A stretch of 64,000 nucleotides of DNA. Origin: Solirubrobacterales bacterium. Its GTDB lineage: Bacteria > Actinomycetota > Thermoleophilia > Solirubrobacterales > Solirubrobacteraceae. Under the pieces are notes generated by a model. The model worked only from the letters and a program-made list of their open reading frames with translations, was not told the origin of the DNA and ran no database searches. Position numbers and translations under genes: made by a program. Shown here in pieces: positions 39,290-48,147 of the stretch. Within the stretch, counting starts at the first letter, position 1; each line of letters starts with the position of its first letter. The stretch spans positions 18,302-82,301 of the forward strand of contig JBBQKR010000003.1 of NCBI GenBank assembly GCA_038327125.1. Direction: 5' to 3'.

Positions 39290-39763
39290 GTGATCCCGCT
39301 GCGCGACGACACCGAGCGCGACCGCACCTCGCTCGTCGCGCTCACCGCGGCGCCTGCGCTCCTGGCCCTCGCCTGCGTGGTGCTCGTCACCGGCTCCGGC
39401 GGCTGGGCGGCACTGCTGATCGCGGTCAACGCCGGTTTCACCTGGGTCTTCGGTGCAGGCGCCGAGTCCGTCGCCGGGCGAATCTGGACCGGGCTTGCGC
39501 TGCTGCTCGGAGCGGGCGGCGGCGCGGCGCTCGCGGTCGCCTCCGGCGCGACGGAGCTCGGGCCGATCGCAGCCGCGACGGCGACCGGCGCGGCGCTCGA
39601 AGCGATCGTCATCCAGCTGCTGCGCTGCCGCGGCTCGCGGATCCTCAGCATCGTGCTGGTCCCGTGGTTCGGGGGGTTCGCGGAGGTCCCGGCGGCGATC
39701 TGGGCGCTGATCTGGGGCGCGCTGGTGATCCTGCTGGCCGCGCTCGGGGCGTTCGGCGGCTGA
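39290..39763 (+). CDS. Polytopic membrane protein with a rhomboid-like N-terminus (MIPLRDD) but no catalytic Ser/His
   Basis: Gly/Ala-rich TM segments. There is no histidine anywhere in the 157 aa and no GxSG motif. GTG start. Confidence 0.45.
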   Translation: MIPLRDDTERDRTSLVALTAAPALLALACVVLVTGSGGWAALLIAVNAGFTWVFGAGAESVAGRIWTGLALLLGAGGGAALAVASGATELGPIAAATATGAALEAIVIQLLRCRGSRILSIVLVPWFGGFAEVPAAIWALIWGALVILLAALGAFGG

Positions 39764-39764
39764 G

Positions 39765-39944
39765 ATGCGGACCGTCCTGCTGACCACGACGATCCTCTTC
39801 CTCGGCGCGTTCGCCGCGAGCACGATCTACGCCGCCATCGACCGCGGATTCACGATCCTGTCCGTGATCTCGCTGCTCGTGATCGGCGTGATGGGCATCG
39901 GCATCGTCGGCGCGATCTGGGAGCAGCCGCCGGACGACGAGTGA
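39765..39944 (+). CDS. Small 2-TM membrane protein (59 aa), below the ORF-track cutoff
   Basis: Hand-translated: MRTVLLTTTILFLGAFAASTIYAAIDRGFTILSVISLLVIGVMGIGIVGAIWEQPPDDE. The ATG begins 2 nt after the previous stop. High GC3. Confidence 0.5.
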   Translation: MRTVLLTTTILFLGAFAASTIYAAIDRGFTILSVISLLVIGVMGIGIVGAIWEQPPDDE

Positions 39945-39981
39945 GGGAAGGTCCAGGGCGTATGATGCCTTGACGTTCCTC

Positions 39982-39993
39982 GACTGGCCAGTC
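39982..39993. promoter_or_regulatory. Perfect 12-bp palindrome GACTGGCCAGTC upstream of the acyl-CoA dehydrogenase pair (candidate operator)
   Basis: It lies between a TATGAT (39961-39966) / TTGACG (39970-39975) promoter-like region and the RBS AAAGGAG (39998-40004). Confidence 0.35.
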
Positions 39994-40010
39994 AGCCAAA
40001 GGAGATGAGG

Positions 40011-41234
40011 GTGGACCTCAACGACACCCCAGAGCAGGCGCAGTACCGGCAGCAGATCCGGGCCTGGCTCGACCAGCACAAGTCCCAGGCGCCGGTCCTG
40101 ACCGGCGCAGGCGCGCTCACCGACCCCGACGAGATCGTCGCCGCGCGCCGCGCGTGGCAGGGTCAGCTGGCCGAGGGCGGCCTCGCCGGCGCGACCTGGC
40201 CCAAGGAGTACGGCGGGCAGGGCGTCAGCCCCGTGGAGGGCGTGATCATCAGCCAGGAGATGCGCAGCGCGCGCGTCCCGGGGATCCTCGACGTGATCGG
40301 GGTCGGCATGCTCGGCCCGACGATCATCGCCCACGGCTCCGACGAGCAGAAGGGCCGCTACCTGGGCCCGATGCTCCACGGTGACGAGGTCTGGTGTCAG
40401 CTCTTCAGCGAGCCGGCCGCCGGCTCGGACCTCGCGGCCGTGCAGACCCGCGCCAAGCTGGGCGATGACGGGTCGTGGACGCTGAACGGGCAGAAGGTCT
40501 GGACGACGAACGCCCAGTTCTCGGCCTATGGCCTGATCCTCGCGCGCACGAACCCCGACATCCCCAAGCACAAGGGCATGACGATGTTCATCGTCCCGAT
40601 GGATGCCGAGGGCGTGACCGTCCGCGGCCTGCGTCAGATCTCCGGCGAGGCGGAGTTCAACGAGGTCTTCTTCGACGACGTGACGATCCCCGGCGACAGC
40701 GTCGTCGGCGGCGTGGACAACGGCTGGGGCGTCGGCCTCACGACGCTGATGTTCGAGCGCCTGACGATCGGTCTCGGCAGCGAGGGCTTCGGCTACAACG
40801 GCGACCGCTTCGCGCGGGCGCTCGCCGGTGACCCCGCCGCCGTCAAGGACAGCGACGTGCGCCATCAGCTCGGCGAGATCGCGGCCGAGCTCGAGGCGAT
40901 CCGCTGGACGGGCTACCGCTCGATCAGCGACCTGCAGGGCGGCCAGATCCCGGGGCCCGAGTTCGGGCTGGCGAAGGTCACGACCGTCAACAACGCCGTC
41001 AAGGCCGGCGACCTGATCGCCGACGTCCTCGGGCCCGAGGTGCTGGCCGAGGACGACGAGTGGGCGTACATGATCTCGTTCCTCCCCGGCCTCAAGAGCG
41101 CCGGCGGCACCGAGGAGATCCTGCGCAACACGATCGGCGAGCGCGTGCTGGGGCTGCCGCCCGAGCCGCGCCTGGACAAGGGCATCCCGTTCAGCGAGCT
41201 GCGTGCCAAGGAGAAGGAAGGGGCGGCGGCATGA
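40011..41234 (+). CDS. Acyl-CoA dehydrogenase family protein (subunit 1 of a probable heteromeric pair)
   Basis: ACAD N-terminal, middle and C-terminal domain pattern (QLFSEPAAGSDLAAVQTRA, WTLNGQKVWTTNA, GGTEEILRNTIGERVLGLP). GTG 40011 is preferred over ATG 40005 because of RBS spacing. Confidence 0.88.
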   Translation: MDLNDTPEQAQYRQQIRAWLDQHKSQAPVLTGAGALTDPDEIVAARRAWQGQLAEGGLAGATWPKEYGGQGVSPVEGVIISQEMRSARVPGILDVIGVGMLGPTIIAHGSDEQKGRYLGPMLHGDEVWCQLFSEPAAGSDLAAVQTRAKLGDDGSWTLNGQKVWTTNAQFSAYGLILARTNPDIPKHKGMTMFIVPMDAEGVTVRGLRQISGEAEFNEVFFDDVTIPGDSVVGGVDNGWGVGLTTLMFERLTIGLGSEGFGYNGDRFARALAGDPAAVKDSDVRHQLGEIAAELEAIRWTGYRSISDLQGGQIPGPEFGLAKVTTVNNAVKAGDLIADVLGPEVLAEDDEWAYMISFLPGLKSAGGTEEILRNTIGERVLGLPPEPRLDKGIPFSELRAKEKEGAAA

Positions 41235-42379
41235 ACCTGAATCTGTCCGACGAGCAGGAGTTCCTGCGCGAGGCGGCGCGTGGCGCGCTGTCGCGCGTGA
41301 AGACCGTCGAGGCCGCACGCGAGGCGCTCGAGGACGACGCGGCGCTGCCCGACCTGTGGCCGCTGGCGATCGAGGCCGGCTGGCCCGGCCTGCTGGTCTC
41401 CGAGGAGAACGGCGGCGCCGGCCTGGGCGCCTACGACGCGATGCTGGTCGCGCAGGAGGCCGGCCGCGTGCTGGCGCCCGCGCCGCTGCTCGGGCCGCTG
41501 CCCGCATCGCTGCTGCTGGACCGCGGCGGCGCCACGGTGACCGAGGCGGTCGCGGCGGGTGAGCTGAAGGCGGCGTGGCTTCCGGCCCGTCCGCCCAGCA
41601 CGCGCGAGCCGCAGTGGACCGTCGACCCGGCCGGGGGCAAGGCACGCGCCGCGGCCCCGGTGGCGAGCGTCGACGGCGACACCGTGACGTTCGACGGGCT
41701 CGTCAGCTGGGCACCGGACGCCGGGCAGGCCGACGTCCTGGTGGTCATCGGCCAGGATGCCTCCGGCGGGCCCGTCGCCGGCGTCGTCGAGGCGGGCGCT
41801 GAGGGCGTCAGCGTCGAAGCCACCTGGCGCTACGACGCGACCCGGCGCCTGGGCAACGTGACGCTGAAGGGCGCCGAGGGTACGAGGCTCGACGTCTCCG
41901 CCGAGGACATCGCGCAGGCCTGGTACCTGACGCAGGCGCTGATCGCAGCCGAGTCGCTCGGCACGGTCGAGGCGGCGCTCGAGATGTCGGTGGCCTACGC
42001 CAAGGAGCGCTTCACCTTCGGGCGGGCGATCGGCAGCTACCAGGCGATGAAGCACGGCCTCGTCGAGATCCTGCGCCGCCAGGAGAACACGCGCTCGCTG
42101 CTGATCTACGCCGGGTTCGCGTTCAGCGACCACCCGGGCGAGATCGCCTACGCGGCGAGCGCAGCGCGCTCGGTTGCGGGCGGGGCGCTCGACTTCGCCG
42201 CGCGCCAGCAGATCGCGGTGCACGGCGGTATCGGCGCGACCTGGGAACACGACGCACCGCTGACGTTCCGCCGCGCGCAGCTCAGCCGCCGCCTCGTCGG
42301 CGGCACCGGTGACGCGACCGACCGCGTGGCCGACGAGCTGCTCGAAGGTCGCGGGCCGGGCGCGAAGGCCGCCGCCTAG
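41231..42379 (+). CDS. Acyl-CoA dehydrogenase family protein (subunit 2)
   Basis: MNLNLSDEQEFLREAARG..., YAKERFTFGRAIGSYQAMKH, QIAVHGGIGATWEHDAPLTFRRA. 4-nt overlap with the upstream ACAD. Confidence 0.85.
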   Translation: MNLNLSDEQEFLREAARGALSRVKTVEAAREALEDDAALPDLWPLAIEAGWPGLLVSEENGGAGLGAYDAMLVAQEAGRVLAPAPLLGPLPASLLLDRGGATVTEAVAAGELKAAWLPARPPSTREPQWTVDPAGGKARAAAPVASVDGDTVTFDGLVSWAPDAGQADVLVVIGQDASGGPVAGVVEAGAEGVSVEATWRYDATRRLGNVTLKGAEGTRLDVSAEDIAQAWYLTQALIAAESLGTVEAALEMSVAYAKERFTFGRAIGSYQAMKHGLVEILRRQENTRSLLIYAGFAFSDHPGEIAYAASAARSVAGGALDFAARQQIAVHGGIGATWEHDAPLTFRRAQLSRRLVGGTGDATDRVADELLEGRGPGAKAAA

Positions 42380-44388
42380 GTCGACCTGCGGACGGGGATG
42401 ACGAGCACGCGGCGCGCGCCGGTGTTCGTCGTCCCTGCGATCCGCAGCAGGCGCGCGGTCCGCACTGCACGTGCGTTGCGCGGCAGACGCAGCCGCACGC
42501 TGGCCCACTCGCGGGCGCGCAGGACGACCGTCCGGCGCACGAGCGGTCGCACCCCGTCGCGGCGGGTGCCGACGCGCAGCGCGACGCGGCCGTCGGCCGA
42601 CGAGCGCACGCGCAGCAGCAGCGTGCCGCGCAGGGCGCGTCGCGACGGACGCGCGGGGTTCAGTCGCAGATCCAGGGTCGGCGGCTTTGCAGCGGGCTTC
42701 ACGTCCCCGTCCGCCGGCTGGGCGGCGACGTCGATCGTCGCGCCCGCCTCGGCGCTGGCGCCGCCGCTGTCGGTGAGCTGGACCGCAACCTTGCGCGCGC
42801 CGGCCGCCGCGAACGTCGTGGTGGCCCAGGCGTTGGCGCCGGTGTCCAGCTCGAAGCCGGGCGCGCCGTCGAGGTCCCAGCGGTAGCGGGCGACCGGCCG
42901 CTTGTCCCCGTCCCGTGCGGTCAGCAGCACCTCGCTCCCGGCGATCGCCGACGGCGGGGCCGTGATCTGCGCCGCCGGGGGCCGGTTGACGACGTTCACC
43001 GGAACCGTCACCACGGCGAGGTTGCCGTCGCGGTCGGTGACGTAGATGCCGACGTTCTGCTGGCCGGGCTGCGCCCACGTGGCCGTCAGCACGTGGCCGT
43101 CGGCCGAGATCCGTGCGTCGAACGCGCCCGGTACGTCCCACTCGACGCGCGGCGCCGGGCCGTCATCGGTGACGGCGCTCGCGTCGATCGTGACCGGCTC
43201 GAACACGTCGGGTGACGCGCTCGCCGGCTGCGGCGCGACGGTCGGGCGCTGCAGCGCCGCGAAGCAGGCGGACGCCGCGCACAGGAACGGGCTGAACGCG
43301 ACGTTCCAGTGACTGGCGAGCCACGATCCGGGCGCTGGGCTGACGTTGAAGTAGTCGTCGCCGCCGCAGTCGTAGACCTCGGCTGCCTCGCTGCCGGCAC
43401 ACGGGAACGTCAGTGCGCTCCCGTCGATCGCGTTGCTCGCCGAGCCGTCGGCGTAGCACATGATGTCCCACTCGTCGGTGCAGTGGCCCGCCTTCGAGCT
43501 GTGCGGCGCGCCGTTCTGCACGGCCCCGAGCGTGTGCGTGACCTCGTGCAGCGCGACCGACGCCGGCTGCCAGCTCTGCGCGGGCGCGTCGTCGAAGAAG
43601 TACGTCTTCCCGCGGCCGATCATCAGCGCGTCGCGGCCGCCGTAGGCGTTGTAGTTCTGTGCGCCTGGCCGGTTGTCGAGGATCGTCTGACCGACGCCGA
43701 GCGGATCCGTGCCGACGCCGATGTCGTCGGCCCATACGAGCAGGTTGACCTCACCGGCGGGCAGGCCCAGCTCGGCGCGGATCGCCGCGGTGTCGACCGC
43801 CTTGTTCTGGTGGTACCAGTCCTGGGTGTGGGGCAGCTCGACGCTGGCGATGTCGAGATATTGCGTGCCGCAGCTGCTGCCGACGTCCAGGCGCAGGGTG
43901 CGGCTGCCGCCGGCACGCGCCTCGATCACCTCGGCCGCCGTGCGCACGGACGACTGGATCAGGTCGCCGTACTGACCGAGCCGCGAGGGCACGTCCGACG
44001 GGTGCGCGTAGACGACCTTGATCTGCGGCGCGCTGTTGAGCGGGTTGGCGCGGTCGGCGTCCGTCTCGGTCCCGCACCAGGTGGCGGCCAGGTCATCGGA
44101 GACCGCGGCCGCGCGGGCGCTCAGCCGCGCGCGCGGGATGCGGGCGACATGGCGGTCCAGGTGCGACTCGACGCGGATGCGGCGGCCGGCGCGGCGCACC
44201 GTTGCGCGCGCGGGCGCACGCCAGGTGGCGACCCCGCGCTGGAGCAGGCGATCAGTGGCCGCGGAGCGCTTGGCGGTGTGCGCGTGGCCGCCGTGGGCGT
44301 TCGCAGCGGCGACGGGCAACGCCAGGACGGCGAGGAGCGGCCACAGGAAAAGCCGCGGCAGGCCGCGGCTGGCAATCGCACAGCGCAC
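42376..44388 (-). CDS. Secreted zinc metalloprotease (HExxH) with PKD/Ig-like domains and an Arg-rich C-terminal domain
   Basis: Signal peptide LPRLFLWPLLAVLALPVAAANA. VALHEVTHTLGAV...GHCTDEWDIMCY. PKD-like repeats. GTG 44388 chosen. Confidence 0.75.
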   Translation of the reverse strand: MRCAIASRGLPRLFLWPLLAVLALPVAAANAHGGHAHTAKRSAATDRLLQRGVATWRAPARATVRRAGRRIRVESHLDRHVARIPRARLSARAAAVSDDLAATWCGTETDADRANPLNSAPQIKVVYAHPSDVPSRLGQYGDLIQSSVRTAAEVIEARAGGSRTLRLDVGSSCGTQYLDIASVELPHTQDWYHQNKAVDTAAIRAELGLPAGEVNLLVWADDIGVGTDPLGVGQTILDNRPGAQNYNAYGGRDALMIGRGKTYFFDDAPAQSWQPASVALHEVTHTLGAVQNGAPHSSKAGHCTDEWDIMCYADGSASNAIDGSALTFPCAGSEAAEVYDCGGDDYFNVSPAPGSWLASHWNVAFSPFLCAASACFAALQRPTVAPQPASASPDVFEPVTIDASAVTDDGPAPRVEWDVPGAFDARISADGHVLTATWAQPGQQNVGIYVTDRDGNLAVVTVPVNVVNRPPAAQITAPPSAIAGSEVLLTARDGDKRPVARYRWDLDGAPGFELDTGANAWATTTFAAAGARKVAVQLTDSGGASAEAGATIDVAAQPADGDVKPAAKPPTLDLRLNPARPSRRALRGTLLLRVRSSADGRVALRVGTRRDGVRPLVRRTVVLRAREWASVRLRLPRNARAVRTARLLRIAGTTNTGARRVLVIPVRRST

Positions 44389-44472
44389 CCCTGAATCGTG
44401 ACAGGGTGTCGTCGCAAACTCGGCACATGCTCGATGTTCCGCTGTAACGCTGTTCCCGGCAGGCTCGCTCGC

Positions 44473-44925
44473 ATGCGCGTGTACGAGCGACAGCGAGAGG
44501 TCCGGGTCGTGTCCGCGACGGGAACCGAGGTGTGCGCGCGGGCGCTCCTCGCGGAGCGTTCGCTGCAGCGGCTGCGCGGGCTGCTCGGCCGATCTGCGCT
44601 CCCGCCGGGAGCAGGCCTGCTGCTGCGGCCGTGCGCGAGCGTCCACACGCTCTTCCTGCACCACCCGATCGACGTCGTGTTCCTCGACTCCGGCGCGGGG
44701 GTGCTGCGGATCGTGCCGGCACTCCGGCCGTGGCGCGCAGCGGCCGAGCGTGGCGCCCGCTCGGTCCTCGAGCTGCCGGCCGGCTCCTGCGAGCGGGTGG
44801 GAATCGTGGTGGGCGACCGGCTATGTGCCGAGGTCGCGGATCCGCTCGGCCAGCTGCTCGAGCAGCGCCCACGCGACCGGCGGGCGACCCTCGACGAACG
44901 CGCGGAACGACCAGACCGGGAGTGA
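44473..44925 (+). CDS. DUF192 family protein
   Basis: ...AERSLQRLRGLLGR..LPPGAGLLL.PC.SVHT.F...PIDVVFLD..G.V......L.PWR...SVLELPAG. The 3' 105 nt overlap the convergent cNMP-binding gene. Confidence 0.7.
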   Translation: MRVYERQREVRVVSATGTEVCARALLAERSLQRLRGLLGRSALPPGAGLLLRPCASVHTLFLHHPIDVVFLDSGAGVLRIVPALRPWRAAAERGARSVLELPAGSCERVGIVVGDRLCAEVADPLGQLLEQRPRDRRATLDERAERPDRE

Positions 44926-45231
44926 CCAGCAGCGCATCGCGGTCGTCGCGGTGATCGTCGCTGCCCTGCGCGCCTCGCGGTCGAACAGCGCCAGCTCCCC
45001 GAAGCTCGCGCCCGGTCCGAGCGTCGCGATGTCCTCCCCCGTCTTCGTGACGGTCGCCTCGCCGTCCTCCACGATGAAGAAGCTCATCCCCTGCTGGCCC
45101 TCGCCGGTGATGACCTCGCCGGCCGTGTAGGAGCGCTCGACGAACTCTGCCGCGAGCTCCTGGGCATCCTCGTCGGACAGCGCCGACAGGAACGGGACGC
45201 CTCGCAGCAATGTGGTGGAAAGAGCAGTCAT
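44821..45231 (-). CDS. Stand-alone cyclic-nucleotide-binding domain protein
   Basis: LLRGVPFLSALSDEDAQELA....ERSYTAGEVI..EG..G.SFFIV.DGEA.V........IATLGPGASFGELALFD...R.ATI.A. Confidence 0.85.
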   Translation of the reverse strand: MTALSTTLLRGVPFLSALSDEDAQELAAEFVERSYTAGEVITGEGQQGMSFFIVEDGEATVTKTGEDIATLGPGASFGELALFDREARRAATITATTAMRCWSLPVWSFRAFVEGRPPVAWALLEQLAERIRDLGT

Positions 45232-45346
45232 GGCGCGATCCTTCCAGGCCCGTCGGCAGCCGTCCAGACCCCCTGTCGAGGTTGGCCCGGATGACCACTG
45301 GTGCTTTCTGTGCAGCGTCACCGTGACCTCGGGGCGGTCAGGTAGC

Positions 45347-46264
45347 GTGCGCTCCGCCGTGCTCAAGTCGATCGGTCCGGCCGTGCTCGGCCTCACAGCT
45401 CTCGCCGCACTCGCGCTCGGCGGTTCGGCCGCCGCCGCCGTCTCGCCGTCCTGCACCTGGAGCCCATCGCCGGTCACCGTCAGCGCCGGCGCGTCCGTGA
45501 TGGTGACCATCACCTGCAGCGGGGTTCCAGGCGGCCGCTACACGGTGCGCGTCACCGACGCCCCGAGCGCGCTCGCCGGCGGTGTCACTCCGGGCCGGGC
45601 TCCGAACACGTTCCGGCTGCAGCTGACCGCGCCGGCGGGCGCGCGCGCAGCGCACGTCGGTGTCGGACTCATCATCGACGGGGGCGCGTCCCCGGCCGAG
45701 CTGACGATCCCGGTCACGATCCGGCACCTGCCCACCCGCCGGTCCACGCGCCGGGAGCGCGATGCCGAGTATCGCGGCCGTGTGTGCAGCGGCGCCCCGG
45801 GCCGCACGTCGTGCCGCGCCGGGCGCGGCCGCCGCACGATCGGCGGGCCCGGCACCGGGAAGGTCAGCCACCGCAACTGGCCGGCGATCACCGGCGTCTA
45901 CCTCACGTTCCCCGGCGCCGGAGGCGGGAGGCTCGTAGGCGGTGAGCTCAACGACGAACTGCTCGGGCACCACGGCTCCGACACGATCTTCGGCGGGCCC
46001 GGCAGCGACGTGATCTGGGGCGACTGGGACCCGGTGGGAAACACCAGCACCCAACGCGACGTGCTGAACGGCGGCAACGGGACCGACTTCATCTACACCA
46101 GCCACGGACGCAACCGCGTGACCGGCGGCGCGGGCAACGACTTCATCTGGGCCTTCTACGGCCGCGGGACGATCGACTGCGGCCCGGGAATCGACAAGGT
46201 CCGGCTGCGCGCTCGCCGGTCTGCCTACCGGCTGCGCAGCTGCGAGCTTCGCGGCAGATTCTGA
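45347..46264 (+). CDS. Secreted protein with hemolysin-type (RTX-like) calcium-binding repeats
   Basis: Signal peptide VRSAVLKSIGPAVLGLTALAALALGGSAAAA. Repeats GGELNDELLGHHGSDTIFGGPGSDVIWGD and LNGGNGTDFIY...GGAGNDFIW. Confidence 0.7.
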   Translation: MRSAVLKSIGPAVLGLTALAALALGGSAAAAVSPSCTWSPSPVTVSAGASVMVTITCSGVPGGRYTVRVTDAPSALAGGVTPGRAPNTFRLQLTAPAGARAAHVGVGLIIDGGASPAELTIPVTIRHLPTRRSTRRERDAEYRGRVCSGAPGRTSCRAGRGRRTIGGPGTGKVSHRNWPAITGVYLTFPGAGGGRLVGGELNDELLGHHGSDTIFGGPGSDVIWGDWDPVGNTSTQRDVLNGGNGTDFIYTSHGRNRVTGGAGNDFIWAFYGRGTIDCGPGIDKVRLRARRSAYRLRSCELRGRF

Positions 46265-46493
46265 GCTCCCCTCAGGCCTACTTGAACTTGGCGGGGATGG
46301 GACGGCCCGTCCTTTTTGGCATGATCCCCAGCCCGGCGGCGACCTCAGGCGCGGGCTCCGCGTCGCCTTCGGCACGGTCGTAAGCCCGTTCGCCGTGCGA
46401 ATCTGCCTCGGTACGAGGCGCGCTCGCCGTCAGGTTCAGGGGCTTGCGAGCCGCGGGGAGCTCCGCCATGGATCAGCCCGAGCGAAACGCGAA

Positions 46494-46572
46494 CGGCGGA
46501 CCGGGGGAAACGCACCCGGCCCGCCGTCCAGTCCATCCGTGCGGTGACCGCCCAAGGGGAGGAGGCGGTCAC
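46494..46572 (+). other. Two strong stem-loops in a 427-nt gene-poor gap (possible sRNA / 3' end / leader structure)
   Basis: Hairpin 1 (46494-46526): CGGCGG-A-CCGGG / CCCGG-C-CCGCCG. Hairpin 2 (46544-46572): GTGACCGCC / GGCGGTCAC with an 11-nt loop, followed by CCGTTCTTTC. Confidence 0.35.
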
Positions 46573-46691
46573 CCGTTCTTTCAGCCGTCGCCACGGAGCG
46601 CTCGACCACGTCGCCGAGCGCCACCCGTGGCAACGTCGGACTTCCCCGCCTCGCAGGCACCAAAACATCGCCGATGCGGTAGAACCGACCG

Positions 46692-47786
46692 ATGGAGCCC
46701 ACAGGTCCGACGGTCAGCGCGACCGAGTTCTCGCAGCTGACGGGCCTGTCACGCGAGCGGCTGCGAACCTGGGAGCGCCGCCACGGCGTACCGCAGCCGG
46801 TGCGCGCCGGGTCGGGACGCCGCCGGTACGCGCTGTCCGACGTGGCGCCGCTGATCGCCGCACGGCGCGCGATCGAGGCAGGGGTCCCGGTCGAGCAGGC
46901 GCTCACCCGCGCGCACGAGCACGCGACCAGCGGTCCGGACGCCGAGGCGCTCGCGGCCGGCCTCGACGCCTCGCCGCTGCAATCGCTGATCCTCTCCGGG
47001 CCTGAGCCGGTCACCGTCGTCTACGCCAACCGCGCGGCGCGCGAGGGCCGCGAGGCGCCGGCGCTCGGCACGCGGCTCAGCGGCGGCGAGCTCGCGACCC
47101 GGCTGGCCGCGGCCTTCGCGGCACGCGGCCCGTCACGGTTCCAGCGCCCGCCATGGGAGCCGGGCGGTCTCGCGGTCACCTGTCTCGCGGTCCCGCTCGC
47201 CGATGGCGCAGCCGGCACTCCGCTGCTGGCGCTCTACGACCTCGACGACCCCGACACGCGCGCCGAGCGCGCCGACGCGCAGGCCACCGACATCGAGCTG
47301 CAGCGCACCCGCGGTGACCTTGCCGAGCGTGAGGCCGCGCTCGAGCTCGCCGACGAGATCTCCGTCGCGCTGCGCGACCGCTCGGGCGTCGCGGCGATCA
47401 CCGCGAGCACCGAGCTGTTGATGCGGCGCCTGGACATCGTCGACGCGGCGATCGCCCCGTACATGACCGGGCAGATCGTGCTCGGCCGGTCCTCCCGCCG
47501 GCTGCTCGACCCGGACATGGTCACCGTCGCCGCGCACCCGCTGCTCGCTCAGGCCATCAGCGGCGAGATCACGGTGATGGAGCCGGCTGACGCTGAGCTG
47601 ATCGGCGCGCCCGGAGGGCTCGGCGCGCTGCTCGTTCCCGCAGTGTGCGCGGGCGAGCCGCTCGGCGTGTTGCTGCTGCTGTTCGACGACACGCCGGACG
47701 TCGGCACGGGGCTGCTGCGCACGCTGCGCCTGGTCGGCACGGCGCTGGGCCTCGCGCTGATGCAGGAGCGCCTGCTCAGCGAGTGA
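46692..47786 (+). CDS. MerR-type HTH regulator fused to PAS-like and GAF-like sensory domains
   Basis: The N-terminus VSATEFSQLTGLSRERLRTWERRHGVPQPVRAGSGRRRYALSDVAPLIAARR is a MerR HTH. A central coiled coil is followed by a C-terminal GAF-like pattern (...LLVPAVCAGEPLGVLLLLFDD...). Confidence 0.7.
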   Translation: MEPTGPTVSATEFSQLTGLSRERLRTWERRHGVPQPVRAGSGRRRYALSDVAPLIAARRAIEAGVPVEQALTRAHEHATSGPDAEALAAGLDASPLQSLILSGPEPVTVVYANRAAREGREAPALGTRLSGGELATRLAAAFAARGPSRFQRPPWEPGGLAVTCLAVPLADGAAGTPLLALYDLDDPDTRAERADAQATDIELQRTRGDLAEREAALELADEISVALRDRSGVAAITASTELLMRRLDIVDAAIAPYMTGQIVLGRSSRRLLDPDMVTVAAHPLLAQAISGEITVMEPADAELIGAPGGLGALLVPAVCAGEPLGVLLLLFDDTPDVGTGLLRTLRLVGTALGLALMQERLLSE

Positions 47787-48147
47787 CGCCGCCGTCGGGC
47801 CCCCGCGTGCGTGCCACCGCATCCGCGACGGTCCGCTCCACGGCGAGCAGCTCGTCGAGGCCGGTGATCGCCAGCGTCTTGGAGATCGAGCGGCTGTCGT
47901 TGACGAGCACGAGCCGCCCGCCCTGCGCCCGCAGGGCCTTCATCGCCGCGATGATCACGCCGAGCGCCGTCGAGTCCATGAACGTCGTCTCGCGCAGGTC
48001 GAGCACGACCGCGGTCGCACCATCGGCGATCGCCTTCAGCATCCGGGCGCGCAGGTCGGGCGCGGTGTAGAGGTCCAGCTCGCCGCGCACGGTCACGACC
48101 AGCGCGCCGTCCTGGGCTGCGGTCGCGATGTCGGTTGCATCGGTCAT
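47776..48147 (-). CDS. STAS-domain anti-sigma-factor antagonist (RsbV/SpoIIAA-like)
   Basis: LVVTVRGELDLYTAPDLRARM......VVLDLRETTFMDSTALGVIIAA (conserved phosphorylatable Ser context). Confidence 0.88.
   Translation of the reverse strand: MTDATDIATAAQDGALVVTVRGELDLYTAPDLRARMLKAIADGATAVVLDLRETTFMDSTALGVIIAAMKALRAQGGRLVLVNDSRSISKTLAITGLDELLAVERTVADAVARTRGPDGGVTR

Noticed and set aside
39645-43141. Two very long minus-strand ORFs (666 and 742 aa) across the ACAD pair
   Set aside because: The sequences are extremely Arg/Pro/Ala-rich with no domain pattern. The plus strand encodes two well-formed acyl-CoA dehydrogenases.
42376-46264. Metalloprotease, DUF192, cNMP-binding protein and RTX-like protein as a single functional 'system'
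   Set aside because: The genes alternate strands with no translational coupling, and I know of no link between these families. Adjacency alone is insufficient.
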